A DNA stretch of 64,000 nucleotides, from the NCBI GenBank assembly GCA_963771905.1, contig CAVYVI010000014.1, forward strand, positions 287,339 to 351,338, given 5' to 3'. The position numbers were made by a program, and so were the translations under genes. Positions 18,398 to 27,861 of the stretch are shown one piece after another (the first letter of the stretch is position 1; each line of letters starts with the position of its first letter). The stretch is from an uncultured Acidobacteriota bacterium (GTDB taxonomy: Bacteria; Acidobacteriota; Terriglobia; Acidiferrales; UBA7541). The notes beneath the pieces are model-generated. The model saw only the letters and a list, made by a program, of their open reading frames with translations. It was not told the origin of the DNA and made no database searches.

Positions 18398-20959
18398 TTA
18401 ACGCGATATCTGTTGCGTCTTGCAGAGGATCGTCTCTTGCGGGTCGATCAACAGGCGCGACGCCCGAACGCGGCTCTCGAAATGAAAAGGCGTCTCCGGC
18501 CCCACGGTCGCAACCGTCCCAAGCAGCACGGGTTTTCCACCCGGCGAAGTCGCATACAGTGGAACCGCCTCTGCGAAATAATCGGGAACATCATCCTGCT
18601 TCAATTTCCCGGTGATCACAAACCCCTGCCCTCGCGGTCGCGCCTGGAACTCCACGCTGTAATGGGGAATCCCGGCATCGCGCACCCATTCTTCGAAGAA
18701 CCAATCGAGCCGGTGATTCCCATCGAGATCCATCGCCGCAGTCATGCGTTTCTCGGCGGCGTGTTTGAGATCGTCCGTCGAAACGGCCTGGTAGCGATGC
18801 TCCTCAAGGACCGACCGCAGCACCTCGTCGAATCGCGCGTCCGGCGTTTTCGATAACGGATCGCGCAGCATCGTCCGCAGCATGTGAATCACCCACGTTC
18901 CTTTTCCGTATAGAATACGATCGTAGGCGTTCGGAGTTTTCGACGAGCTGAGTCGGTACCCCAGCGTTAGCGGTCCGGCATCCGCCACGGTTTCATCGCT
19001 TCCCGGGACCGCCGCCAGAAGCTGGCTTCGATACGTATTCAGCCAGCTTGCCAGCAAATGCGCCGAAGGTTTCTTGCTGTCGCCGTACATCAATGCAAGA
19101 TAGTTCGCGATGGCCTCGTGGATCCACGAATCACGGTAGCTCGCCGAACCCACCTCGTTGCCCCACCACTGATGCACGATTTCGTGGTACGGCAGCAGAT
19201 CCGCGATTTCGTCCTGCGTCCGTTCTGCAATTCCCGCCGCTTCTTGTGTCTCGCGTGGGATATACGCCAGAGTCGAAAGGTAGACCAGCCCCGGCCAGCC
19301 CTGCCCGAAATTTCCCGGAATCGGCGAGATATCCAGCTCCTCGTATGGGAATGGACCATTGATGTTTTCAAAATAATGAATTGAATCGAGAACTTCCGCG
19401 CCAAGACGCTTCAGCACCAAGGACGGTTTAGGAGGAATTCCCTCATCCGAGAGGCCCTTCAAGGGATCGATCGTGATAACGCCTTCCGCCGATCGGCTCA
19501 TTTCGCCGGGGCCGGGAGAAGCGTGCGCGCGCAATCGCGCCAGAATCCAGTCATCGAGCTCGCGATTCGCGTACAGCTCGATCGTCGGGTGTCCCGTTCC
19601 GGCCGATTCCTTCTGATATTCGCCAAGATTGAACCCGGCCACGGCAATCGGCACCGGGGCACTCCAGTGCCCTACGCGGCGCCCACCCTCCTCGTGCTCG
19701 TCGGTTTCGTGCCCGGTCGCAATCAGCGAGAGTCTCCGAGGCCAGCGAAACGTCAGATCGATCGGCACAAAATGATCGCCGCCGCTCACGTGCGGATACC
19801 AGCTTCCGCGTTCACCCACAAAATACACGCCGTTTCCCGCATCGCTGATCACGCTGCCGCGATAGCGAATCTCCAGGCGTACGTCCGCTTGCGCCTTTGG
19901 CGCCGCGGGCAGTACGACGAACACCGCGTCGTTCCCTCGCCGCGCGATTTCTTGCCGGCTCAAATCGTTGTTCTGAAAATAGACGAGCGGCGTGCCATCT
20001 TCTTCAGAAACGCTCTCGACAGCCAGCGAGCGCGACAGCTCCAGCGCCAGCATTCGCTCGCCGCCGCGCTCCATTCTCAGATGAACGTGAGCATCGCCTT
20101 CGAGCGACAGGTCGTCGTCGATCGTCGTGCCGATGCGATAGTCAACCGGAACAACACTGTCTGGAACCGCAACCAGGTCACTCGTTCCGAACGACGCCCA
20201 TACGTCGTAGCGGTCCGCGCCGCCTTCGATACGCTCCTGGCCGATCAATATCGGCTCTGCGCGACGTCGATCCACGACGACGTCGAACGGTCCCACGCTT
20301 GCTCCCCCGAGCGCCGCGGAAAAATATGCCTCCGGCTCGCTCGAGAGCAAATCAAACATAATGCGCAGCGCGTGCGATGTATTCAAATTCGACACAGTCG
20401 AGTTCCACGTCGTTGCGAATTCCTCGTCGTCTTTAGGAACGATGGCCGCCGCGGCGAGACGTCGCGCGAGTTCGTCCGCCGTGTCGTCCGTGAAACGGAT
20501 ATAGGCGCGCGAGAAAGGCTGATCGAGAAGTGGGACGTTGAGAAATTCCGCGAGCGAGCGACGCTCGCCGGCGTCCCGCGGTGTGGCAATAATATGGCCG
20601 CGGCCGGAGAACACCGCCCCTGTGATTCGGTTTCCGATTGGCGTCAGAAATGCGAGTTTTCCTTCGGTAAGGGAAATATCAAGCGCGCTGCGCCGCAGAA
20701 CGATGTCGTGCACGCTGAAAACCTGCGCGCCGTCCACCCGCAACTCACCCAGCGCCTGATAGAGCGCTTTAGGATCATTTGGGATTCCCGCTTCGGATGC
20801 CGCCTGAACGGCCGGCCGGACCAGCGACGAAACGGGGCGCGGCTCTGCACTGGACTCCTCACGCGAAATTGCACGCAACGCTGCGCGAGACTCTGCACCC
20901 GACACCGCGCACAGAGACACCAGCGCCATCGCGAGACCCAGCCGCACCCTCTTTCCCAT
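18398..20959 (-). CDS. Secreted M1-family zinc aminopeptidase (aminopeptidase N-like)
   Basis: Gluzincin motif HEIVHQWWGNEV-x-WIHEAIANY (HExxH + E). The start is set at MGKRVRLGLAMALVSLCAVSG (signal peptide). The upstream 212 codons of track ORF 18398..21595 overlap the divergent gene at 21038 and were discarded. Confidence 0.85.
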   Translation of the reverse strand: MGKRVRLGLAMALVSLCAVSGAESRAALRAISREESSAEPRPVSSLVRPAVQAASEAGIPNDPKALYQALGELRVDGAQVFSVHDIVLRRSALDISLTEGKLAFLTPIGNRITGAVFSGRGHIIATPRDAGERRSLAEFLNVPLLDQPFSRAYIRFTDDTADELARRLAAAAIVPKDDEEFATTWNSTVSNLNTSHALRIMFDLLSSEPEAYFSAALGGASVGPFDVVVDRRRAEPILIGQERIEGGADRYDVWASFGTSDLVAVPDSVVPVDYRIGTTIDDDLSLEGDAHVHLRMERGGERMLALELSRSLAVESVSEEDGTPLVYFQNNDLSRQEIARRGNDAVFVVLPAAPKAQADVRLEIRYRGSVISDAGNGVYFVGERGSWYPHVSGGDHFVPIDLTFRWPRRLSLIATGHETDEHEEGGRRVGHWSAPVPIAVAGFNLGEYQKESAGTGHPTIELYANRELDDWILARLRAHASPGPGEMSRSAEGVITIDPLKGLSDEGIPPKPSLVLKRLGAEVLDSIHYFENINGPFPYEELDISPIPGNFGQGWPGLVYLSTLAYIPRETQEAAGIAERTQDEIADLLPYHEIVHQWWGNEVGSASYRDSWIHEAIANYLALMYGDSKKPSAHLLASWLNTYRSQLLAAVPGSDETVADAGPLTLGYRLSSSKTPNAYDRILYGKGTWVIHMLRTMLRDPLSKTPDARFDEVLRSVLEEHRYQAVSTDDLKHAAEKRMTAAMDLDGNHRLDWFFEEWVRDAGIPHYSVEFQARPRGQGFVITGKLKQDDVPDYFAEAVPLYATSPGGKPVLLGTVATVGPETPFHFESRVRASRLLIDPQETILCKTQQISR

Positions 20960-21037
20960 ACACTCGAATGTAACAAGTAGGACATGGAGCGGCAAGCCGC
21001 GCCCGACGGGATTTGCATGCTCTGCTAGAATTTTTTC

Positions 21038-22459
21038 GTGCGCCGCTTTGCGCCAGTAGCGTTTCTCGCCCTGCTCGTCGTGTCCGCTGCCCGGGCCGAC
21101 ACGATTGTGCTCAAGAACGGTCGCCGCATTGTCGCCACCAACGTCGTCGAAAAAGGCGATCGCGTCACTTATGAAACTCCCGCCGGCGAGCTGAGCATTC
21201 CGAGCTCGATTGTCGCGCGCATCGAAAAAGACGATCTCTCGCCCATGGCCGCGGGCGATTCCGCGCCGCCCGTCACGCCACCCACGGTCGATGTCGGCGC
21301 CGAACACGCCGAAGTCGCCGCCGCCGTGGTCCACGAAGGTTCGATCGACCAGGCGGCCCTCGCGCGTTACGAGAACGAGGCGCGCAGCGGCGATGCCACC
21401 GCCATTGCCAAAGTAGCTGCCGCGCACTACGATGCCGCGCAATTCCTCATCAACAAGGGCGAGCTCGACTCCGCCGAAGATCATTACAGGCGCGCTCTGA
21501 CGTTTGCTCCGGACAATGTCCCGCTTCTTCTGAATCTCGCGGTCCTCGATCTTCGCCGCAGCCAGTACACCGCGGCGCTCGACCCGCTCGAGCACGCCCG
21601 CCGTGTCGAGCCCGATTCCCCCGATGTCGCGAAATTAATGGGCTGGGCTTATTACGGCGCGAATAAGCTCGACCAGGCTGTCGCGGAATGGAAGCGCGCC
21701 CAGAAAATCCGCCCCGACGACGAAGTTGCTAACGCTCTCGAAAAAGCGCAGCGCGATCAGGAAGAAGAAGCCAGCTACCGCGAAGGCGAAACCGCTCACT
21801 TTTCCCTGAAGTATTTCGGCGGCGCCGCGCCCGATCTCGCCCGCGGCATTCTCCGCACTCTCGAAGAGCACTATCGCGATCTCGAAGCCGAACTCGATTA
21901 TTCGCCCGCTGAACCCATCGGAGTAATTCTCTACACGGAACAAGCTTTCGCCGACATCACTCGCGCCCCAGACTGGGCCGGCGCGCTCAACGACGGCCGC
22001 ATTCGCGTCCCGGTCCAGGGGCTCACCTCCGTCACTCCGGAGCTCAGCCACATCCTGAAGCACGAATTGACGCATAACTTCGTCACCCAGAAAACGCGGA
22101 ATCGTGCGCCAACCTGGCTCCAGGAAGGCGTCGCGCAATACATGGAAGGCCGCCGTTGCCGCGATTCCGCCGCCGCGCTCTTGCAAATTTACAATGACAA
22201 AAATGCGCCGTCTTTCGCTGCGCTGGAGGGCTCGTGGATGAGCCTCTCGAGCGATTCCGCCTCCTATGCCTACGCGTGGTCGCTCGCCGCCGTCGAGTCC
22301 ATCGTGAATTCCGGCGGCATGAGCGACGTCGATCGCCTTCTCGATCGAGTCGCCGCCGCTCCCTCGACCGAAGCCGCCCTCCACGATTCTCTACGTATGG
22401 ACTACTCCGATCTGGCCGAGCAAACCGCGACCTATCTGCGCCGCGAATACGTCCGCTAG
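21038..22459 (+). CDS. Secreted TPR-repeat protein with a C-terminal MA-clan (HExxH) peptidase-like domain
   Basis: GTG start and signal peptide MRRFAPVAFLALLVVSAARA. TPR-like repeats in the middle. HILKHELTHNFV (HExxH) followed by WLQEGVAQYME. Confidence 0.65.
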   Translation: MRRFAPVAFLALLVVSAARADTIVLKNGRRIVATNVVEKGDRVTYETPAGELSIPSSIVARIEKDDLSPMAAGDSAPPVTPPTVDVGAEHAEVAAAVVHEGSIDQAALARYENEARSGDATAIAKVAAAHYDAAQFLINKGELDSAEDHYRRALTFAPDNVPLLLNLAVLDLRRSQYTAALDPLEHARRVEPDSPDVAKLMGWAYYGANKLDQAVAEWKRAQKIRPDDEVANALEKAQRDQEEEASYREGETAHFSLKYFGGAAPDLARGILRTLEEHYRDLEAELDYSPAEPIGVILYTEQAFADITRAPDWAGALNDGRIRVPVQGLTSVTPELSHILKHELTHNFVTQKTRNRAPTWLQEGVAQYMEGRRCRDSAAALLQIYNDKNAPSFAALEGSWMSLSSDSASYAYAWSLAAVESIVNSGGMSDVDRLLDRVAAAPSTEAALHDSLRMDYSDLAEQTATYLRREYVR

Positions 22460-22581
22460 TCCCAAACATCTAGGTGGGTCCTCAGTAGGGAAGAAGTTGA
22501 CCCGCCTTGCGACTATCCGCCGGTTGCAATAATCCCAGATTTAGGGGACGCTATCGCCCCGGCCCTCATCGGGGGTCTCAG

Positions 22582-22983
22582 ATGAACTGGAAGACAATCT
22601 GGAAAATGACCTGGAAGAAAAGTGCGGTGTATCTGGCGCTAGTCCTCGCTTTCGCCCTCGCCTCGGCCGCGTCGGCGTCGTACGCCGCACCGTCCCGACC
22701 GATTTCGGACGTCGCTTCGCCCCAGCAAGAGCAACAGCACGAAACCCCGACGAACTCCGTCACCGGGAAAGTCGTCAAGATTTCGCAGTCGCAACTCACG
22801 CTCGAACCTCAAGGCGACACCGCGTCCGCTCCCATCGATTTCGACGTCGACTCCAACACGAAAATCGACGGCAAAGTTCAGCCCGGCGATACGGTCAGCG
22901 TCGACTATCGCACCGACGGCGACAAAAAGATCGCCACTCACGTCATGCCTGCAAAGGCCGCGAATCCGCCTTCATCCCGATAG
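22582..22983 (+). CDS. Small secreted protein (hypothetical)
   Basis: The start is taken at MNWKTIWKMTWKKSAVYLALVLAFALASAASASYA (signal peptide). The mature part is beta-rich (VTGKVVKISQSQLTLEP..DTVSVDY). No family recognised. Confidence 0.5.
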   Translation: MNWKTIWKMTWKKSAVYLALVLAFALASAASASYAAPSRPISDVASPQQEQQHETPTNSVTGKVVKISQSQLTLEPQGDTASAPIDFDVDSNTKIDGKVQPGDTVSVDYRTDGDKKIATHVMPAKAANPPSSR

Positions 22984-22995
22984 CCGGGCGCTAAG

Positions 22996-24180
22996 TTAAA
23001 GCGTCGCGAGCAGACCCGCGATCAGCGCCGCTCGCGGCGCCAATGCGCGAATCACAACGCACTCGCGAGGGCTGTGCGCCCCGTCACCCACCGCACCCAT
23101 CCCATCCAGCGTCGGAATCCCGAGCGCCCCCGTCAAATTTCCATCCGATCCGCCGCCCGTGAAAGCCTCGCCGAGATCGAATCCCATGTCTTGCGACAAC
23201 CCCTGCGCGTAACGAAATAAATCTTCGACGGCCTTGGTTCGTTCGAGCGGCGGCCGGCTCGGCGCCGCGCGCACCTCCACTCGTGCACCTCGCAAAATCG
23301 GCCGCAGCCCCAGCAATTTCTTTTCGAGCGGCCTCGCATCCTGCAGCCGCGAAAATCGCACATCCACTTCGGCTCGCGCCAAGTCCGGAACCACATTCGC
23401 CACCGTCCCGCCCGAAATCACATTCGCCTGCACCGTGATCCCGTGCCGCGCGTCGTTCATTTTCAATAGCCGCGCAATCTGCAGTGCCAATTCATGCGCG
23501 GCATTGATGCCTTCTTCCGGATTGATTCCGGCGTGCGCCGCGCGTCCGTGCACGACAATTTCCATGCCTCCCGTGCCCTTACGCCGCGTTTTCGCGCGGC
23601 CGTCCGGCCCGAACGACGGCTCGAGCACCAGAACCGCGGCGCTCTTTCGCGCTTCGGCCTCGATCGCTTGCCGAGAAGCTTCGCTCCCGATTTCTTCATC
23701 GCCCGTCCAAAGAAAAACAAGTTTGCGTCGCGGCTGGACGCCCGCCGCGCGCAGCGCATCCACGGCAAAGAGCGCCAGCACCAGCCCGCCCTTCATGTCA
23801 AACGTTGCGGGCCCCCACGCTCGCCCGCCTGAAATTCGAAATGGCGTCCTCTTGATCGTTCCGAGCGGGTAAACCGTGTCCACATGCCCGAGAACCAAAA
23901 TCTGCTTCTCGTTCTTCTCGCGCGCGCCCGAGCGGGGAAGCGCCAATTCCGCCCGCACGACGTTGCCACGTTTCGCCGTTTTCAGAATATCGACGCGTGC
24001 GCCGCGCTCCCGCCATTCCCGCCCAACTCGCTCGCTGCAGCGATCCACCGCCGCCTTATCTATGCTCGGCGATTCGATCTCCACGAATTGCCGCAGCAGC
24101 AGCAGCATCGCTCCTTCCTGCCCGTGTAGGTAACTCAAAAGTTCCCGCACTGGCGGGTTATGTTTTTCGAATTCGCTCAT
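22996..24180 (-). CDS. M20-family metallopeptidase (carboxypeptidase G2 / ArgE-DapE-like)
   Basis: Metal-ligand contexts GHVDTV, WTGDEEIGS and HAGINPEEGINA, plus a C-terminal GGSDGN. Confidence 0.8.
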   Translation of the reverse strand: MSEFEKHNPPVRELLSYLHGQEGAMLLLLRQFVEIESPSIDKAAVDRCSERVGREWRERGARVDILKTAKRGNVVRAELALPRSGAREKNEKQILVLGHVDTVYPLGTIKRTPFRISGGRAWGPATFDMKGGLVLALFAVDALRAAGVQPRRKLVFLWTGDEEIGSEASRQAIEAEARKSAAVLVLEPSFGPDGRAKTRRKGTGGMEIVVHGRAAHAGINPEEGINAAHELALQIARLLKMNDARHGITVQANVISGGTVANVVPDLARAEVDVRFSRLQDARPLEKKLLGLRPILRGARVEVRAAPSRPPLERTKAVEDLFRYAQGLSQDMGFDLGEAFTGGGSDGNLTGALGIPTLDGMGAVGDGAHSPRECVVIRALAPRAALIAGLLATL

Positions 24181-24337
24181 CGTGCTCGTATGCTACCAGC
24201 CGCGTCCCCACTCGGCAAATTTGCCCCGCAAATTCGTCCTCCCGATTCGCGCGCAATTCCCGGGGCATCTTCGTTCATTATCTTTGTCCGCCAATCTCCT
24301 CCACGGGGTTTCTCGCGGTCCTCGCCGCCGCAAATCC

Positions 24338-24826
24338 CTACCGCCGGTAAATAACCTTCCGGCGAAAGATCGGCATATTCGCCGCCATCATCGCGCCGAG
24401 GCCCGCTCCAATCGTGCCAAAGATGAGCGCGCCAGCGATGTGGGCCTTCACTCCCACGCCGACCGCGCTGCCAACCGCCGCGCCAAGCGCGCCGCCGACG
24501 GCCACTCCAATCGCCGGATTCCCGTGATCCATATGCTCGTACCGCACTTCGCGCACGCTCGAGCGATCGATCTTCATCTCCCCCGCACCCGGCGCGCCGA
24601 ACCGCCCTCTTCCGTGCCCACAAATTAGTTCCGCGTCGGTCGCGCTCTGGAAGATACACGCGAATCGATATTGCGTTTTGACGGTGATGTACGCGCCGTA
24701 AGGAAGTTCCTCCACGTCCCGCCAATCTCCCTTCTGTGCCTGCGCGCTCGCCGCGACGGGTTGAACGATGAGTTGAAAAAAGAGTTGAAACGCAACGATG
24801 AGTGAAACAATTCGTAGGTATCGCAT
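24338..24826 (-). CDS. Secreted/membrane glycine-zipper protein (hypothetical)
   Basis: The start is taken at MRYLRIVSLIVAFQLFF (signal). The C-terminal glycine-zipper stretch is AIGVAVGGALGAAVGSAVGVGV...GTIGAGLGAMMA. Confidence 0.55.
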   Translation of the reverse strand: MRYLRIVSLIVAFQLFFQLIVQPVAASAQAQKGDWRDVEELPYGAYITVKTQYRFACIFQSATDAELICGHGRGRFGAPGAGEMKIDRSSVREVRYEHMDHGNPAIGVAVGGALGAAVGSAVGVGVKAHIAGALIFGTIGAGLGAMMAANMPIFRRKVIYRR

Positions 24827-25000
24827 AGCCGCGCATCCTAGCGGCATGCATCCCGCGCCGCCTGCCACCTTGTTACACTTTCCCGAGTGTCACATCCCCT
24901 CGCGGCGGAGAGGCGCGTTTCTCCAAACGTCTGCTGAGGGGTGGACTCGTCCATGGCTATCCGAGCGTCCGTCTAAGTTTGTGGAGATCCGCCTTGGCCT

Positions 25001-25471
25001 TTAGCGGGATCGGAAGCTCTTAGCGGCGGTCCAGACAATATTCGTCGCGAATGCGGCGCAACTGATGAGGAAACACAGCCCGCCACCTGGAAACGCGTAG
25101 AACGGCCATTGAATCGGTGCTTGGCCTCCCCGGACGGACCACGATGTCATAGATCTGAGCGCATGCTCTGACAGTAAGAGCGCCACAAAGCCAACCGTCG
25201 CCATCGCAAAGTGCGCAAGACCCAGAGAATTGTTGAGCGGGTGCTTCACCCATCGGGCGGCTGCGAAATAAATCAGCGCAAAACATCCAGTGACCAGCGC
25301 CATCTCAATTTGCGGCCTACGTTCACCGATCGTGACCACGAAATAAGTGGTATGAACATACATGTCCACCGACTGTGGAGTTGGTTTGCCTTCGAGCAGA
25401 GCGGCGCCGAGCGGGAGGATCGTTAGAATCGCGAACAGTTTTGCCGGCAACATTTCGCAACTCCGCCGCAT
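25001..25471 (-). CDS. Four-TM membrane protein with by-eye resemblance to the C-terminal part of haem-copper oxidase subunit I, but without the His ligands
   Basis: Hydrophobic 156-aa product. The segment DMYVHTTYFVVTIGE resembles [16 protein letters not shown] of the coxA in this window. An alternative start exists at M7 (25453). Confidence 0.5.
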   Translation of the reverse strand: MRRSCEMLPAKLFAILTILPLGAALLEGKPTPQSVDMYVHTTYFVVTIGERRPQIEMALVTGCFALIYFAAARWVKHPLNNSLGLAHFAMATVGFVALLLSEHALRSMTSWSVRGGQAPIQWPFYAFPGGGLCFLISCAAFATNIVWTAAKSFRSR

Positions 25472-25674
25472 TCAAACGGGCGCCAATATACTCTCTTGAA
25501 ACTGCGGCTGGCAACAAGCCATCGGCCCATCTCGCCGGAAATCGACGAACGCCCCGATTGGAAACTAGCCTGCTCCGAGATTTTCTCCCTCATTTCGCTC
25601 CACCCCTCTTTCGTATAGAATTAGAGGGTTGCGCGCAATCAACATCGCGCACCCTGGCCACTCTGAGGCACAAC

Positions 25675-26169
25675 ATGATCCTCGATATCAACGGGATACA
25701 GAACATTCTGCCCCATCGGTATCCATTCCTGATGGTGGATGCCATCGTCGAAATCGAGCGCCTGAAGCGCATCGTCGGCATCAAGAACGTCACCATCAAC
25801 GAAGACTATTTCGCTGGCCATTTCCCAGGCCAGCCCATCATGCCCGGCGTCCTCATCATCGAGTCCATGGCGCAGACCGGCGGCATTCTTCTTCTCCGCG
25901 AGATCGAAGATCGCCAGGAGAAATTGCTCTATTTCGTCGCCATCGACGATGCCCGTTTTCGCCGGCCCGTTGTGCCCGGTGACCAATTGCGCGTCGAAGT
26001 CTTGGTTCTCAATTGGCGGGGAACATTCTGCAAGCTCTCGGGGCGCGCCACCGTCGAAGGCGAACTCGCCGCCGAGGCCACCCTTATGTGCAAGATGGTG
26101 GATCGCGCCGAAGTCTCGGCCAACGCCGCCGCGGATGCCGCGCCGTCGGACGCCGTGGTAAAGGATTGA
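25675..26169 (+). CDS. fabZ: 3-hydroxyacyl-ACP dehydratase FabZ
   Basis: LPHRYPFLMVD, NEDYFAGHFPGQPIMPGVLIIESMAQ (catalytic His and Glu contexts). The start is at ATG 25675; the track ORF begins earlier, at 25375. Confidence 0.92.
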   Translation: MILDINGIQNILPHRYPFLMVDAIVEIERLKRIVGIKNVTINEDYFAGHFPGQPIMPGVLIIESMAQTGGILLLREIEDRQEKLLYFVAIDDARFRRPVVPGDQLRVEVLVLNWRGTFCKLSGRATVEGELAAEATLMCKMVDRAEVSANAAADAAPSDAVVKD

Positions 26170-26210
26170 TCCTCGGCAGAACCGTGTCCCGGACGCAGAA
26201 AACAGAATTC

Positions 26211-26990
26211 ATGATCGAAATTCATCCTCATGCCATCGTTTCCCCACGCGTCCGCATCGGCGACGCAGTTCGCATCGGCGCCTATGCCATCGTCGGCGAT
26301 GACGTCGAACTCGGCGACGGCTGCGTTCTCGATCATCACGCCGTCGTACAAGGCCCAGCGCGCCTCGGCCGCAAAAATCGCGTCTATCCGTTCGCTGTTG
26401 TTGGCGGCGACCCGCAGGATTTAACTTATCGCGGCGAGCGCACCTCGCTTGAAATCGGCGACGAAAATATTTTCCGGGAATTTTCCACGGTAAATCGTGG
26501 CACGGCGAAAGGCGGCGGCGTCACGCGCGTGGGCCATCGCAATCTCATCATGTCCTATGCGCACATCGCGCACGATTGCCACGTCGGCGACCACACCATC
26601 TTCGTGAATGGCGCAACCCTCGCCGGCCACGTCACCGTCGACGACCACGCGCAAGTCGGCGCCTTCTGTCCCGTGCACCAGTTTTGCCGCATCGGCCGCC
26701 ACGCCTACATCGCCGCGCACACGGTCATCACCCAGGACGTTCCACCCTTTTCAAAAATTGTCGCGCCGCGCGAGACGCGTTGCTATGGCCTCAACGCTAT
26801 CGGCCTCGAACGCGCCGGTTTCAGCCCCGAGCGCATCGAATCGCTCGAGCAGGCGTACCGCCTGCTGCTTCGTTCCAAGCTCAACACTTCCCAGGCCATC
26901 GCCAAAATGCGCGAAACCTTGGCGGCCTCTCCCGACGTCTTACAATTAATCGACTTTATCGAGACCGCCGAGCGCGGAGTAACCAAATAG
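26211..26990 (+). CDS. lpxA: Acyl-ACP:UDP-N-acetylglucosamine O-acyltransferase LpxA
   Basis: MIEIHPHAIVSPRVRIGDAVRIGAYAIVG hexapeptide repeats, with the family-typical HIAHDCHVGD, GATLAGHV and C-terminal LERAGFS..IESLEQAYRLL. The start is at ATG 26211. Confidence 0.92.
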   Translation: MIEIHPHAIVSPRVRIGDAVRIGAYAIVGDDVELGDGCVLDHHAVVQGPARLGRKNRVYPFAVVGGDPQDLTYRGERTSLEIGDENIFREFSTVNRGTAKGGGVTRVGHRNLIMSYAHIAHDCHVGDHTIFVNGATLAGHVTVDDHAQVGAFCPVHQFCRIGRHAYIAAHTVITQDVPPFSKIVAPRETRCYGLNAIGLERAGFSPERIESLEQAYRLLLRSKLNTSQAIAKMRETLAASPDVLQLIDFIETAERGVTK

Positions 26991-26997
26991 ATAAATT

Positions 26998-27861
26998 ATG
27001 GCCGCAACTCTAGACACGATGAGTGCCGCGAACTGGGGCCTGATTGCAGGCAACGGCGATTTTCCGTTTCTCGTTCTCGAAGGAGCGCGAAGCCGCGGCA
27101 TTGAGATGGCCGTGATCGCCATTCGCGAGGAAGCTTCGCCTGAACTCGAGCGCCGCTCTTCCCGCCTGCATTGGGTGAGCCTCGGCGAATTGAGCCGCAC
27201 CATCGATTTGCTCCATCAGGAAGGCGTGAAGCACGCCGTTATGGCCGGGCAAGTTAAGCACAACAAAATTTTCAGCTCGATTCGTCCGGACTGGAAGCTC
27301 GCGAAATTACTTCTCTCGCTTCCTTCCAAGAACACTGACTCGCTCATCGGCGCCGTCGCCCGCGTCCTCGAAGACGAAGGCATCGAGCTCGTCGATTCCA
27401 CGCGTTTTCTCGGCCCGCTCCTCGCGGCCGCGGGCGTTCTTACGCGCCGCTCGCCCGACGCCGCCGAATCCGCCGATATGGCCTACGGCCGTCACATCGC
27501 CCAGCAAATTGCTTCGCTCGATCTGGGACAGACCGTCGTCGTTCGAGATCGCGCCTGCGTCGCCATCGAAGCCATGGAAGGCACAGATGAAACCATCGAG
27601 CGCGCCGCGCGCATCGCTGCCGGCCAGCGCATCGTCGTCGTGAAAGTCAGCAAGCCGTCCCAGGATATGCGCTTCGATGTTCCCGTCGTCGGTTTGCGCA
27701 CCATCGAGATCATGCGCAAATCCAACGCTACCGCTCTCGCTCTCGATGCAGGCAAAACTCTGCTTTTTGATCGCGACCAGCTCATCGCCGCCGCCGACGA
27801 TGCGGGCATCTCGATTCAAGCTTTCGCGGCCGATTCCGCCGCGCGAGGTCAGGCCCAGTGA
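26998..27861 (+). CDS. lpxI: UDP-2,3-diacylglucosamine pyrophosphatase LpxI (DUF1009 family)
   Basis: LIAGNGDFP start, and the C-terminal domain GQTVVVRDRACVAIEAMEGTDETIERA...VVKVSKPSQDMRFDVPVVG is characteristic of LpxI. It sits immediately after lpxA. Confidence 0.85.
   Translation: MAATLDTMSAANWGLIAGNGDFPFLVLEGARSRGIEMAVIAIREEASPELERRSSRLHWVSLGELSRTIDLLHQEGVKHAVMAGQVKHNKIFSSIRPDWKLAKLLLSLPSKNTDSLIGAVARVLEDEGIELVDSTRFLGPLLAAAGVLTRRSPDAAESADMAYGRHIAQQIASLDLGQTVVVRDRACVAIEAMEGTDETIERAARIAAGQRIVVVKVSKPSQDMRFDVPVVGLRTIEIMRKSNATALALDAGKTLLFDRDQLIAAADDAGISIQAFAADSAARGQAQ

Noticed and set aside
20960-21595. N-terminal 212 codons of track ORF 18398..21595 (the extended M1 peptidase frame)
   Set aside because: It overlaps the divergent TPR/peptidase gene starting at 21038. 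The signal peptide MGKRVRLGLAMALVSLCAVSG marks the real start at 20959.
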